Shown here: positions 40,159 through 53,441 of the stretch, in pieces
Numbering within the stretch: position 1 is the stretch's first letter
Layout of the letters: each line of letters opens with the position of its first letter
From: Raillietiella orientalis
Lineage: Eukaryota
Length of the DNA stretch: 64,000 nucleotides
Direction of reading: 5' to 3'
NCBI GenBank assembly: GCA_036172245.1
Contig: JAYWIR010000004.1
Location: forward strand, 4,402,001-4,466,000
Notes under the pieces: generated by a model
The model's input: the letters and a program-made list of their open reading frames with translations, nothing else
Databases searched by the model: none
Told to the model about the DNA's origin: nothing
Program-made: the position numbers and the translations under genes

Positions 40159-42753
40159 TATTTCAACTCCTGAAAACCTTTCGAAACGGACAGCATCGAA
40201 GAAATGACACTTAAAAGTACACCAGTGTAAACAAAAATAAAACACCAGGATTCGCTGAAAGATACATTAAACATGAAAAGAAAAATCACTAGAATTTCGT
40301 CAAGACAAAGATCTATATTGCACAAAGATGCATCTTAACGCATCTGTTGCACAATCGGAGCAATCTGTTAGGGATTATCGACTGAAACTGCTGGATAACC
40401 TAATCGAGTATGCGTTCATAACAAATATATGTGAGCATAAACGTATTCAACATTTCAGTATTGTGATTTTCAAATGTATGGTGTTGCTTTCTTCATATTC
40501 ATCCATGTTGTGCAAAAATACTCCACTTTAAAAATGGAATACTTCCAATCCCCTGGTCAGAAATTAGGTGTAGTTAATTACACTAGTAAGAACATGGGCG
40601 CCTAACATCCTTCGTTATGATCATCATCTTTATTCATAAAATAATTATCGTATTTAAAATCCTGTAAGATGAATTGTTATTTTATGAGCATCTTATCTTC
40701 GATAAGACCTAGTTTATGAAACCCATTTTACAGATCCTAACATGGACAAGTCCGAAAATGAGCTCCCCAAATTCCGGCTCCGGTTAACATGCTTGAAAGA
40801 TGAGCCAACCTCGACTTGAAGACGTTTAATTAAGTTCCCTGAGAAGAAGCAAAGCCAACATTCACCATTTGAATTGGTCGCGGCAAATGAATGCAAAACT
40901 CGAATGGAAAATTCCAGAAAGCGTACTGGCAGGCCCTGGCGCGTTTCATGTTTTTCTGCATTCGCTTACTAACCACGTGCGGTGGTGGTGGAGCAATGAG
41001 ATTCGTGTTCACTCCCATGTTGTTCCAATGTTTGCAACATACGTAGTAGGAGCATTGCAGATACAAATATGCTCTAGAGTGTGTGTTTCCAGTGTTTTGT
41101 GCTTATGGAAGCTCATTTTTTTGTTGTTTTTGTTTTTTACAAAAACTTTAACAGATTGCCTTATGCCTCACTCGCAAACACTACGTTGAGATCGTACCCA
41201 TTAGGACGCAAGTCCAAAATGCAGCCTCTTAGTAGGAACTCTGCAGACTCTAGAAGGGAATTGTAGATCTATAAGGACTGGCATCTTAGGAGCAGAATTT
41301 CAAAAGGATTATATAGCCAGGGGATGGTGGAATTCAAGTGATGCGAGCCGGTAAGAAGAAAATTCCGGCGAAAGGGACTTGAGACCAGCAGTGGCGGATC
41401 CAGAATTTCGGTCGGTCTTTCATGATATCTCTAAAGTTAACTCTTAGTACTCAGAGTTCATGTTTTTTTCGGTTTTTATATGAAAGTCTCCAAATAATTA
41501 GGCAGTGTTTGGTATGAGACTTTTTTTGCGTGCACGTGAATGGAATTACCTGTACTTTTCATTTCTGTTGTGAAACCATGATGACTGAATTAGAAATAGG
41601 GCAATTGTTTTTGTAAAGTTGGGATTTAATTTCATGCAACAGTTTCTTGCTTTCGTCATGAAAAAAATCAAATGATTCAAGTGAATTATTAAATACTACC
41701 TTTGCGGGCAATCTCAATTTCGCAGTTGTTTTCCCTGAAGCACCACAGAAAGTGCATATCACATAAGCTACTGTAATTTGATTTTAGTATCCTTTTCAAA
41801 GAAGCGATGTTATAATTTGCTAATTGTTTTCAGGGATTGCCTTCTGTAATAAGTTTAAAATGTTTAAATGATGTGATCAGCCCTTAAAATATTCATGCTA
41901 TTGTGATTTTCTCTTTTTTCTTTTTGTGTTTTTTAGTAAATGGCTGGAAAGCTGCAGTTTCGTCTTGAGATTTCTTTGGTTTGGAAACAATTTTTCAGAA
42001 ATGGTGAAAACATTTGAGATACCCTTTTTCTGTTCAGTTATCACTTTAGGGACACACAAGAGTATTGATTGTGAGAGGTAAGGATCACTTGGAAAAGAGT
42101 AAGATTATCGTGATTGGATGGTGAACTAATGATAACTGATTGAATAGTATGCTAATAATGTCTAAGTGGATCAGTAATAAAAGGGAAGATCTGTTATTCA
42201 GCTGCATAAACAGAACTAGAAGCCTTTCCCAGACATGTGAATGATACTAAAACCATTTAGAATTCTATTGTGTTGTGTTTTCAGTTTCTCATCCTATTCT
42301 GAAAACACGATTCAATGTTTTAAGATTAGCTTTCTTGTGGACTCTCAAATCAAATATATCATGGTCTAAATTATTTATGGGGAAGTATGTTACGATTCAA
42401 GATTTAGTATACAGTAATTTTGAACACATTATCATAACGACCACTTCCAGCGTTTTTCCAGCCCTATCGTAAGTGTTCACGTGATGCAAAGATCCTCACC
42501 CTAAATGAGTGGAACACCGCACTTTCTTAAATTCAGTGGTATACAATGAAGCGTGTTTCCTCCAGCGATTAGAGATGTATTTTATATGGATAGAGAATGG
42601 ATTACCACGATTGGTAATTGAGTCTTCAGAAGCAAACTATAGTGGGTTTTGCAAATAGATTTAAGTTATGGGTGTACTAGGAAATTGCAAATGCATCCGC
42701 TCGATGAAAGTTTTCCATCTTCCAGGCTCGAATCTTTCGATACGCGGGATATA

Positions 42754-43554
42754 CAGCCACACCTCGACTTCTGCTCGATCTGCTAACATTCGATCGCAGA
42801 TACTTCCGAGGTCCCCCATACAGGCTTAGTAAAAACTAAAATCCTCTCCAGTCACGCATCACTCATTTGACACGTGGTGCAAAAGCTGAAAGAAAGCTAT
42901 GGTGCTGTCAGCCGTATAATGGTACAGAGTATAGTGCGAACTTAAAGTACAGCACATATATGTAATTGAAATGTATACTATAAGCGTATCATCTTCGTTG
43001 TTATCCGAATATGTGAACTGTATCATGGCCCCTAAGCGCCTCCAAAGCAAGTCTGTGGCAGAATCAAAGAAAAGGGCGTGCCATCAGTTTGGAAGAGAAG
43101 CTCATGGTGATAAAGCAGCAGGAAAGTGATGAAACTAAATGTCATGGCATGTGGCCGAGGATGCTCAACTGTAAGCACATGTTGAAGAATCGGACGAAAA
43201 TAACCCAGGCTGTTAAAAAGAGCTGAGCCAGTGAAATCAGCAGTAATAACCAAGCAGCGAGAAGGACATTTGGCTGTCATGGAGAAGTTACTTGCAACAT
43301 GGATAGGAGATCACAATCAAAAGCGTATCCCCTAAACCAGATGACTATCACAGCAAAAGGCTCGTGCATTATTTGAGATGACAAAAGCAAAAGCTGGACC
43401 TGACTATGGACGTGCAATTTAACGTCACCAATGGATGGTCTATTCATTTCAAACAACGTTATTTCACCTCACCCTGTAATAATCGACTTATATCTAAATC
43501 GATTTACGTCTCCACTCTCAGAACGTAACCCGGAAGCAACTCGAGGTTTGACAG
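42754..43554 (+). mobile_element. Internally deleted Tigger/pogo DNA transposon (~800 bp)
   Basis: TA on both sides; imperfect TIRs CAGCCACACCTCGAC / CTGTCAAACCTCGAG; frameshifted HTH/CENP-B-type region from 43025: MAPKR..AISLEEKLMVI..MEKLLATWIGDHNQKRIP..KARALFE..NGW..HFKQR; no DDE domain. Confidence 0.85.
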
Positions 43555-43687
43555 TATGCACTTTGGTCCATAAGTGAAAGCATGGATCTTCCGCTGTTGT
43601 AGTTTTGCTTGTAATATACTCGGCTCTCATGTGCAACGGTGCGTTGCGATCTTGAAATGAAGGATTCAGTTTGACTACCTGCTAGTT

Positions 43688-43923
43688 ACAGCGATCGTTA
43701 AGTCAGCGCTGAGTGATAGCCAAGCAAAAATTGAGAGAAATTGTGAATTTTTTCGAGGATGGCAAACCCGTTGAAATTTCCTCACGGCAAGGGATCTCGT
43801 GGAGGAAGCTGGCAGGGATATCACTCGTTTTATAATGCTGACACACCAGAATGATATCGTCTTAGACTTCGACTTTGCTGAGGTTAAAGAACAATCAAAG
43901 GATAATCCTATTTTTTATGTGCA
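43688..43923 (+). pseudogene. argS: Bacterial (Wolbachia/Rickettsiales-like) arginyl-tRNA synthetase fragment inserted in the host genome
   Basis: Three frameshifted pieces: SALSDSQAKIE / IVNFFEDGKPV / [63 protein letters not shown] is the alphaproteobacterial ArgRS signature. The KMSKR motif is deleted; no introns. Confidence 0.85.
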
Positions 43924-44493
43924 CTGTGGAGGGGAATGTTACATCGAGAGGAAATTTCCTCCTTGTACAGTGTATCTCTCATCGTTATTTCTTATTTATT
44001 TATTACCAATTTATTCCTTCGTTTATATACATTTGGAGCATGCCGTCAGTCTTGTTAGGTTATAGGTGATTTCGACAGGCGTTTGTTCAGCGCACGTCAT
44101 CTCTGTCCTGTCGTGAATGCGATGATGACGACGAAAATTCCTGTCCATTAAAAAGACCGTTTGCAATTCCTGAAGCAGCCTGTTCTCATATGTGCTAATT
44201 GAACGCGAGGGATTTTAATTATTCGAAATGCTAACGTGAACTGTGTTAATCTCCGAAGTATATGTAACACTTTCGAATGTGTAGAATTGGATGCTTAAGA
44301 AGACAGAAATGAGAACCATCATGCAGTGGGTTTTTGTATCACCATGTATATTTTTTTTTTTTGTGTGTGTCTGCAGGTATAGATTACTACTTTGGTTCTA
44401 TAATAAGTCTTGTTTCTTCCTATGCATGCAGGTACTTATGAGTAACTGGCATGGATTTAAGCGCGACATTGCCAAAGGGCGGACTAGTCTTTT

Positions 44494-46828
44494 TCATTCG
44501 TACTGTTTCAAGAACTTTTCGTGGAAATCCTTGATTTGGTGGAGCATGGCTTTTAATTTGTCGGTTGGAGGCAGGATAGTGGTGCTAAGTCCACCGAAAT
44601 AGACCTTGGAAAGATTAAATGTGTGCTACTTACCGGAAATGGAAAGTTCCACTCTCTTGTCCGAATCCACTCCCCGGGATGACACAAATACCTGTACTGT
44701 CCAATAGTTGCATGGCCCAAAGCGCATCTGGCGCCACGCCTTTCTTACGAGCATCCTCCTGTGCTTTGTGCGGTATTTTAAATTGAGGAAAAGCGTACAG
44801 GGCACCTTGGACAGGGTTGCATGACATGCTTTCGATTTCATTGAAGACTTGGTAAACAAACTGGGCTCGTTCGGCAAGGGATTTCAACGTATTCTGTTTT
44901 TCCATCTCATGCAGTGCATATGATTCTTCTCCCGGATTGGGAGGATTCACAATGGTGTCCATTGTTACCTTACTTTGAAAATGAATATCCTTGAATAAAA
45001 GAAGGCGCACGTACTTGCCCTAGCACGGTGGGACACAGTCTCGCGGATATACATTTCAGGTACATACGCTTGACCTGAGGATCAATATTCAGCATCTCGA
45101 CATATCCACCTCGAAGCCCACACTCATTCATATATCCTTTGGATGCCGACATGAATGAAAGCAATTCCATAGAGCTGTACGGAGGTCCCATCTCCAGTAC
45201 TACCTTCCTGAACGAATGGAATTGCCGATTCGAGTCATATATATTAAACTGATACACCTGGTACACCCTTACGTTTCTTGTAAGAGGCAAAAGTTTTTAC
45301 AGACCTCATCCGCAAACAGGAACAGTCTCTCGCTGTGAGCAAACTTAATGATGTCCTCCATGTTGGATCTGCTCAAGACTTGACCTATGTACAGGAATCA
45401 TGCCGCCAACATCGGAAAGATTCCAACCTGTTGGATTGCCTGGGTTGATGACTACCAGAATCCTAGGAGCACAGGTCTTCCGAGCGTTGCTTACTGCACG
45501 ACGCAACTCCGCGATGTCTATCTGCCATTGCTGACTTTCATCCAGATAATAGTCAACCTCACAAATATTCATTATCATGTGGCTCCCAACTCATTTGTCT
45601 AACCTGATGCAGTCCGTACTCAGCCAGCGTTGCAGAATACAAAGGGTACTGAGGTATGGGAATCATGACTCCGGGCTTCTTCCCGCCTGTGTTGCAGCAG
45701 AACATTTGCAACCATGATCGAATCCCTGCTGACGCGCCTGCACACAGGACTATGTTACCGTGATCCGCAGGAATTCCATCTCTGCTTTCTATGTAACGAG
45801 CGACATCTCTGCCACCGACAGTGCCTTCCTCAACCTTATATTGGCTTTACTTGCGGATCAATTCGACGCCGCTGCTTTCGCTGTAAGACCCCACGCTCCT
45901 GCCCGCGCAGGCTTGCAGAATGCGGCGCACTCTTTCTTTTACATCTCTGGGAAACGCATCGCTTTCCAGTAAACTCGGATTGCAGCACAGAGACAGTACC
46001 TGGGCGAGATGGCATATTTTTTATTTTTTTTTCGCTGTTCTTACGTACTTGGCGAATGAATGTAATCGGTTGCTGACCCAGTGCTTGGGCATTGCCGATG
46101 TTTGCACGTATCACTTCTTGGAATGGCTTTTTAATTCCCTACGAACACCTCTATTTAAAGTCACTGTTTGCAATGAGATTGAAACATGTATCCAGAAGCA
46201 TAAGTATGTTACAAAAAGGTGAGCAGCATCCAGACAAAAAAACAGATCAAGTGACGCTGGTTACCATTTTCAAAGTCATATTTTATATTTAGACATTCTT
46301 CCACTTGATTTAACGAAAGTGAGGAAAAAGAAAAATGATTAGTCACTCTTCACCATTCATTGTCGATTTTGAGAAAGTGTGGAAGGAATATCCACTTCCT
46401 TATGCTAATATATGATAAGCGATTACACGCTACAAGAAACTCATTCGTTGTAATTGTCAGTTCAAAAAAAGACACGTTAAAGGAAAGCCAGACTTCAGAG
46501 ATTCAGTGGTGTAAGCGAAAACACCTCATCCGGAAAGAAAGTATCCAGACCGATGTCCATAGTACAAACATGAGTTCTCCCGGATCATCGCTAATCTGGC
46601 ATTATGTATGGCCGGTTGAGGACAGTTTTAGCATTCGAACCACACGTTCGTAGCGATCGTCATTTGATTTCCAGTCAACCCGACATTGATATGTACCTCT
46701 TGAAGTTCTTTTTCTATTTCAAGGGCCTTTACGGCCAGTGGTCCTCGCACGGCATATTCCATGACTTTAATATTGGGATTGCAAGTATCCAGAGTGAGTA
46801 CATTTTCGATACTGGAGTTCTGAGACAT
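44494..46828 (-). CDS. GPT: Alanine aminotransferase (GPT/ALT), multi-exon
   Basis: [51 protein letters not shown]-lysine motif [46 protein letters not shown] 46828, stop TGA 44494-44496; exons joined by GT-AG introns. Confidence 0.97.
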
Positions 46829-47760
46829 CTGGAAAATAAAATCTACAAGGATAAACACCAATCGAATTAGTAATTTTCCAGGATAAGGACACGCTAAGAC
46901 GCACAACACGAAACCAGCACCGAGAATTTTAGCAAAGGAACTGGAAGGCACGTCTCTCACTACTACTGCTAGAATTCGCTTCCTTTTTATCGGATGAAAT
47001 CAACTCTTGCAACAAATCATCAGATAAAGGTGAACATCACTACAAAATCGGAGCACTCTGGGATTTCTGGAGCGAACGTTCCTGAGGTGCGAAATGGATG
47101 ACATGAACTGTCTTAGTTTGTACAGAGGTCGGAAATCAAAATAAGAATTTGCAGAACTGAAAGACTGCTCTTACTGCGCATGCTCTTAGATCTGATATTT
47201 TTTCGCATCCGAAGTAGGACGTCCTTCCTTTCATTCTAAATTTGCGCTCTCTTTTTTTTTTTGAAAAAAAAGAATGAACTTAGGATAAAGTCGCAAATGG
47301 GAATTCCGCACACCTTTGCAAAATGCGTGCTTGCTGATTACAAAATACACATTTGGAAATCTCAAAGAAATGGCAGGCCGGTATTCCACACCAAAATGGT
47401 GTCTAAACGCAGGATCTTGCAAACATATGATGTCATGCATGGAGAATTAGTACTTTTTAAATATTACAAAAATGAAACTTCAAGAGTAATATACATGACG
47501 TTCTCTGTAAGGACACTAGCGAATGCGCACTATGAGAAGTCACACATCCAACAGAATCGTTTACGCACTTCAACACAGTAATCTATTGCTCCTGAAAGCT
47601 TGGATTAGTTTGGTGACTATCAATTATGAAAGAAAGTCCTAACATAAGTCCTCTGTTTTTTCTTGGTATTTCGGGAGGCATTTCTGGCTTCGATAAAAAT
47701 GCAATTTCGAAACCAAATTCAAGGTCAAATCTCAAATTGTATGCGACTCGTTTTTCTGTT

Positions 47761-48741
47761 AGATGGTAAAAAAAAAAAAAAAGAACAGTTATAAAAAGGT
47801 CGGTGCGTCCGCTCAACTGGGCCGGCCCTCTTGCTGCCCCAAGCACCCGCCACGTCCGTCCGCAGCAGTGCCGAACGTCGGCGTAGCCAACGAGGCGGTT
47901 CGTCGTCGAACGCGTCGAGCATGGAGCGCCGGGCCGTCGTCGTCGTCGTCGTCGTCGTCGTGAGGGAATCGACAGCCCCGTGCTGGTGCTTCTTGCAGGA
48001 GGCCTTGCAAACTGGGGTGATGGGAAGGAGCGAGGCCCGCGTTGCGTGGCGAGCTTTGAGGAGGTTGCATCGGTTGGGTCGGTGCAACGAGGTCGAGCGA
48101 GGTCACGCCGCAGCTTTGGACTCCCGACTTGACTCCGGGCACGAGGTTGAGGTCCGACGGAATCTCATGACGCCGCACCCTTTGCCATTTGCTGACATCC
48201 CAAGCAACGCAACTCTGGGGGAAGAGGGCACGCCCCCGCAGATTCCGGGTGTGGGTGGCGGCGTGCGTTTGCAAATGCATGTTTGGGGCCGCTTGCTTCC
48301 GATTTCGTGACGAGGCACCCAAGTTTCGTCTCCCGTGGTGCTAGGTCGCAGACCTGTGACGCTTGCAAGCTGCGAACCTATCCCAGTGAGCGTGCCCAGG
48401 CCCACAGGCCAAACTTTCGGCAATGGCACCAATGTGCCTGTTTTCTTGGACGAGAACATCAACTCGTTGGTCCTGGTTTCCCTACACGTGCCAGCCGAAC
48501 GGCCTTCCTCAGCTACGCTTCTCAATTTTCCACGCATTTTTAGATAGGTAAACGAAGCGCTCTTGGCCTCGTGCTTCTGAGCATCGTCGTGTGAGTGTGT
48601 GGGAAGAGTTTGTCCCTTTTTCGAAGCGGAAGTCCGAGCGCAGCACGCCGTCCACCGACGGTCCCACGGGGGGATGTGGATGTGCTGCTTGCGCCCGGAC
48701 GGAAGATACACAGTGCAGGTCATCGGTGAGGCACGTTGGGC
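47761..48741 (-). repeat. Long inverted repeat, right copy (981 bp)
   Basis: Visible differences from the left copy: A-run 6 nt longer, one extra GAC unit, and a 1-nt indel plus substitution near 47858. Confidence 0.97.
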
Positions 48742-51700
48742 AGAGCAAATCGTCTCCCTTGAATTTTTCGTTCGCTTTTAGTTTTTCAGATGAACTGTCC
48801 ATAGGCATATGGGAACGTCCTTTACTCTCTTCTCTATTTGTTAAGTCTATACTTACTTTCTTTGTTAGCACCTTTATTCACTTCTATCTCGATGGTCTGC
48901 GTCATGAAGAACATATAATGAGGTTTTTTATGACGTTCTTAATTCTACCATCCCCCACAAACTGTGAACCAGAAAACATAGGAACTCCAGTATAATGGTA
49001 ACTAAAGAATTTCTCGCTGATTCTTTTTTTTTTGTTTTTGATCTACGTGAAAAATGTAAATGTCAAGTATTCTTCAATAGATTTTCTTCAAATAAATTTG
49101 TGGTAGGTCACACTTCATCCAACTGTCAGTAGATTTTGAATTCCAACTGTGTGTAATCTGAGAGTTGTAGGCTATTCTTCCGAGGATATTTTGAGCCTCA
49201 TGAAGATGATTAAAAAACATAGCTTACAAGCAGATGTACATTTTATACTGAATACAGAAATTTAATGTTCATTTTTTTTTTTAATATGCTATGAAAGCCA
49301 GAACACTGGAAAACGATAATACCTTACATTACTCGAAGGTCCATGATGATTGCAGGTTCGTGATGACATTAAACAAGACGGTTCATCATTGTGTTTGTTT
49401 ATCACTCCACAGTTCACAGAGAAATCTTATGTTCTTTTGATGAATTGTTTTAAAATTTGATGTGTTTTCAATGATTCAGCAAGATTATCATTTTTGCCAA
49501 GGAACTTTGAAACAATCGAGAGGTTCCGAAACAAATATCAAAGACTCCTTAAACGAATTTCCTGTATTGGTACAGAAGGCACTATTATACTGTCATTGAC
49601 TGTTTCGGATCTTTTCTCTAATCACAAATGTGAAAACATTCTGCACGTATTCACACTTAAAAATTCAGAATTATCGGTCTCTGTGGATGAGTATTCACAG
49701 AGACCAAATGAGTAACTGCTTCATTGCCTCGGTACATATTCCTGGCATCGTGAATGCGTAGGGATGAGTTGGATCTCAGCTCACATTCGTAAAGAAAGGC
49801 TCCAGGATATTTGATTTACCAATTGCCTTGCAACTTTGGTAACTCCACTTAAAATACGCACACTGATGGGATGAAAGGAACAAATGGGAATTCTGAGATA
49901 ATAAGATAATACTTAAACCATTTCTCTTTAAAAAATTTTAAGAACATTTCCATTAAAAGAACTAAAATTTCCAAGACTGACATGTTGCAGTCAGATGTCA
50001 ATAAGTTCATCTGTTTCAAAATACTCATTTAGAAATAATTATGTTGAAAGACAGTTTTGACATTGAAAACTTGAAATCCTTATCTTCCCAATTGGGGATC
50101 TACAGTCCCACAGAGCAACCCTACAATCATAACCGTGACATTTTGGTTTGGGAAAACATTTAGAAATCATTTATGAATCTTTCGAAACAACCTTCTTGAG
50201 TTCCATGCATCACCTAACAAAATGTGACAAAAACTACTCCACATCACAAAATATACTGCTAATTATATGTATTACATCATTAAATATAATACATGACGAA
50301 TCAGGTAATAATAAGGGTGAATGAAAGGCCTTTTCTGAATTCATTCGAAATAATCAAAGCAAAAATCTAAAATCTTATGCAATCTTGGATCATAAAAATA
50401 ATTATTATGAACTTGTCTCATTACACATACGAGCTCATTCCCTTCCATTTAAATATAAATCTGTCTACAAATATGTGAAAATCCGTATATTCAGTCAGAA
50501 GCTCCTGATAATAAACTCTCATGATAACGTGAGAAGTCAGAAGATATGATAAAAAGATCACCTTCACCTCATGTAGGGATTTTCTAACTGATATCTGTAT
50601 TTCTCTGGTAATGTTATTAACTTGTTGGTTGGGATTCCAAATCAAGCATGCATGCTCATTTTCGGTTTAAAATCTCTATTACTTTGAAATTGAGAACACA
50701 TTTTTTTCCTTGTAATTGAGTACAGAATATTTGGAATTGTATTTTGCAAGCCTGGACACTGGTTTACAAAATATAGTTTCTCCATTTCATTGTATTTTTA
50801 GGTTAATCCCTCATATGTACTCACTTATTTTCATTTACTAGCATTTCTCAATAATATTAATCTTAGTTATGAATATTTATTAAAAAATCAATTCACTATT
50901 TAAGTACAACGGATGCATTCATTATCAAGCATGCAAATTTACTAGTGCTGGATCGAAAATATTTCTACTAAACTATTCTTCAAATAAGTTGCATACTCTT
51001 CTTGAGAAGTAAAGCGATATTTTCTATATGTCGTTAAGTAATTAAGCCGCAAATTAACAAGAGGTAAATTGATGGAAGTAATTAAAGAGGCCACACCACA
51101 CTCTTATCAAAATTTAAAATCGTAGTTATCAAGCATATGACTGCAATGTTTTCTTTTGCTTTTTTCCAAAAATAAAAAAATATTTCTTGCTGCAAATGCG
51201 GACCAATGTTTTTGATGTGTGATTTTAGCCAGGAATCAGAATGAAATTTAGCTCATAGTCAGAGCTTTGTCTAAAAAATTGTGGTGTAATTATCCAAAGT
51301 AGTTTCCTATTGTAACGCAAAAGGTAAAGATATATGTAGATTAATGTTAATTTGTAATAATGCTGCTTGTGTTGAACATTAGCATTACCGAATCGTGAAA
51401 TATTACAAATAATATAGTAGATACGTTCAATATATTTGCTCAAAATTTTTAATTACAAAACTGATGAAATTGTCTCATTCCTTTTAATGAGTTTGATACA
51501 GTGATCCAGTATCATTCTCTCATGGTTCCAAGCTTTGCAACTTTTTAAAACAATACTACTAAGATTCATTAATTTAGTTCATGAAAATCAAACGAAATTT
51601 TTAAAACAAAGTAAAATAACTTACTGACATTGAAGGTTTGTAAGAGATAATAATCATGATACAACGGCGGAGCAATCTTAGTTTTCTATTTGGATGGTTT

Positions 51701-53441
51701 ATTTATTTTTTTAAAATCAAGATGGAAATGTGTGATCTAATGTTTAATTATCTCAAATGCTACCCAGATGATAGTACCTGTTATCAGGAATTTGTCGTCA
51801 CTTCACCATCCTACATTAAAACAAAGCATCATTGTCAATAGTAGAATTGGGTTCAATGAAGACCCTTCTAATGTTTAAACAAAATTTTTCCAATAATATG
51901 ACAATTTCTTATAAACTGTTTCCAGCTTTCCAGTTCCATCTTTGTTAACTGATCTATCTACATATCATCCCATACATAAATACGTAAGTACAAGTTATTA
52001 TTGCTAAATAAGATGGTCCTGGAATTTTAACAAATACATTTTAAATACAACCTGGAATTTTAACAAAAACCATATTACATGTCTGTATAGATTTTTCTCA
52101 AAAATACTAGTTCTATCACACGATACAACATGATAATCAAATTAGCTTGTTTTGTTCATTTTATTGTTTTAAAAGTTGTGTTTTTCAGAATTTCAGAAAA
52201 TGCAGCTTAGATAAATATCTCTTCAAAATACTAAATATGAGCTAATTTCTTTCCATTTCATTTTTTTAAATTTCTGTTCTCGCAGCTAAATTTCTTCTGG
52301 TACTTATTCAGAGTTAACTGCTAATTCCAAATGAGATAATTTCAGCCCAAATCTTTATAAGATATTTGTTTTGTCATAAGCAATTCTGCTTGGTAAACAA
52401 AAAAATTACTTACAATTTGAACTTTTATGTAAAAATAATGAATTATTATATGCATTATAAACTTTTTTAGTTTGTTAAAAGTTATCGGAAATGATCAATT
52501 AAACATGACAATAAACATTAATTAATGATTGTATTCTTGCATTCTATTGTATTCTCATCATTTTTATGTATTGCAATAGCTGCATGCTTAATTTTGTTTT
52601 TATGTTCTGTATTATAGGATTGAAACGGTCTCCATCATAGATGTCAAAGTTTTTTTCCCAGAATCTATTAGAAAGTTCTTCATATTAAAGAGAATATTAA
52701 CCAAATTAAGCAAAAAGAAGATAAACATTGAATGGTTTGCGATTTCATTTGAACAAATGTAGATTTAAATGTTTCATTAAATATCAACATTTAATTACAA
52801 TTTTTTAAAATATTTCCGAGTCGTTTATGATTCCAAATCTAATTACAAATATTACAGATATTTGTGCCTTATTAAAAAACTCAGAATGAAAGACTGGAGT
52901 TCTTTGGATTATATTGCAAATACATGATATTTTTTCAAAGTGCAATTTGTAGCCTCTAATTATAGTAATGTGGTAAAATCTTCGCGCCAAAGTTGAGGCG
53001 ACGATTCCAAAATTCAACACGATGTGGTCCTTACCTGCTGTTGAAAATTTTTTGACAATTTTGTGATGGCCTAAGAAATTGCACATAAGCTTGGTAAATA
53101 AAGCCTATTCTATTTTTCCAGTGGATTATTAACGTTACCTCACAGAAATCTACTTGATGTGTTTTGTTTGAGTGATTGTGCCGTATAGAAAGTAGGTTGA
53201 GATTTAAACTAAAAAATGTCTTTAGGAAGTCATTGTTTTGTAAATGATGACATAGGATAGACAAAAATTTGTACATTCATAACAAATTCAGATTCTGATT
53301 TCAAGGCTGAATTTTGTAAAAGTTTTTACTGCTTGCTAGTTTTTTCCATAGCAAAAGAAAAAGGCTACTTTTCATTGTATTTATGTATAATTTTCTTTCA
53401 GCTGATTCAAGAGCTTAACTTAGAAGAGTTCTTTTGCAGAT

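Noticed and set aside
43925..44077. TG...CA-bounded stretch after the argS fragment (solo LTR?)
   Set aside because: No target-site duplication and no second copy.
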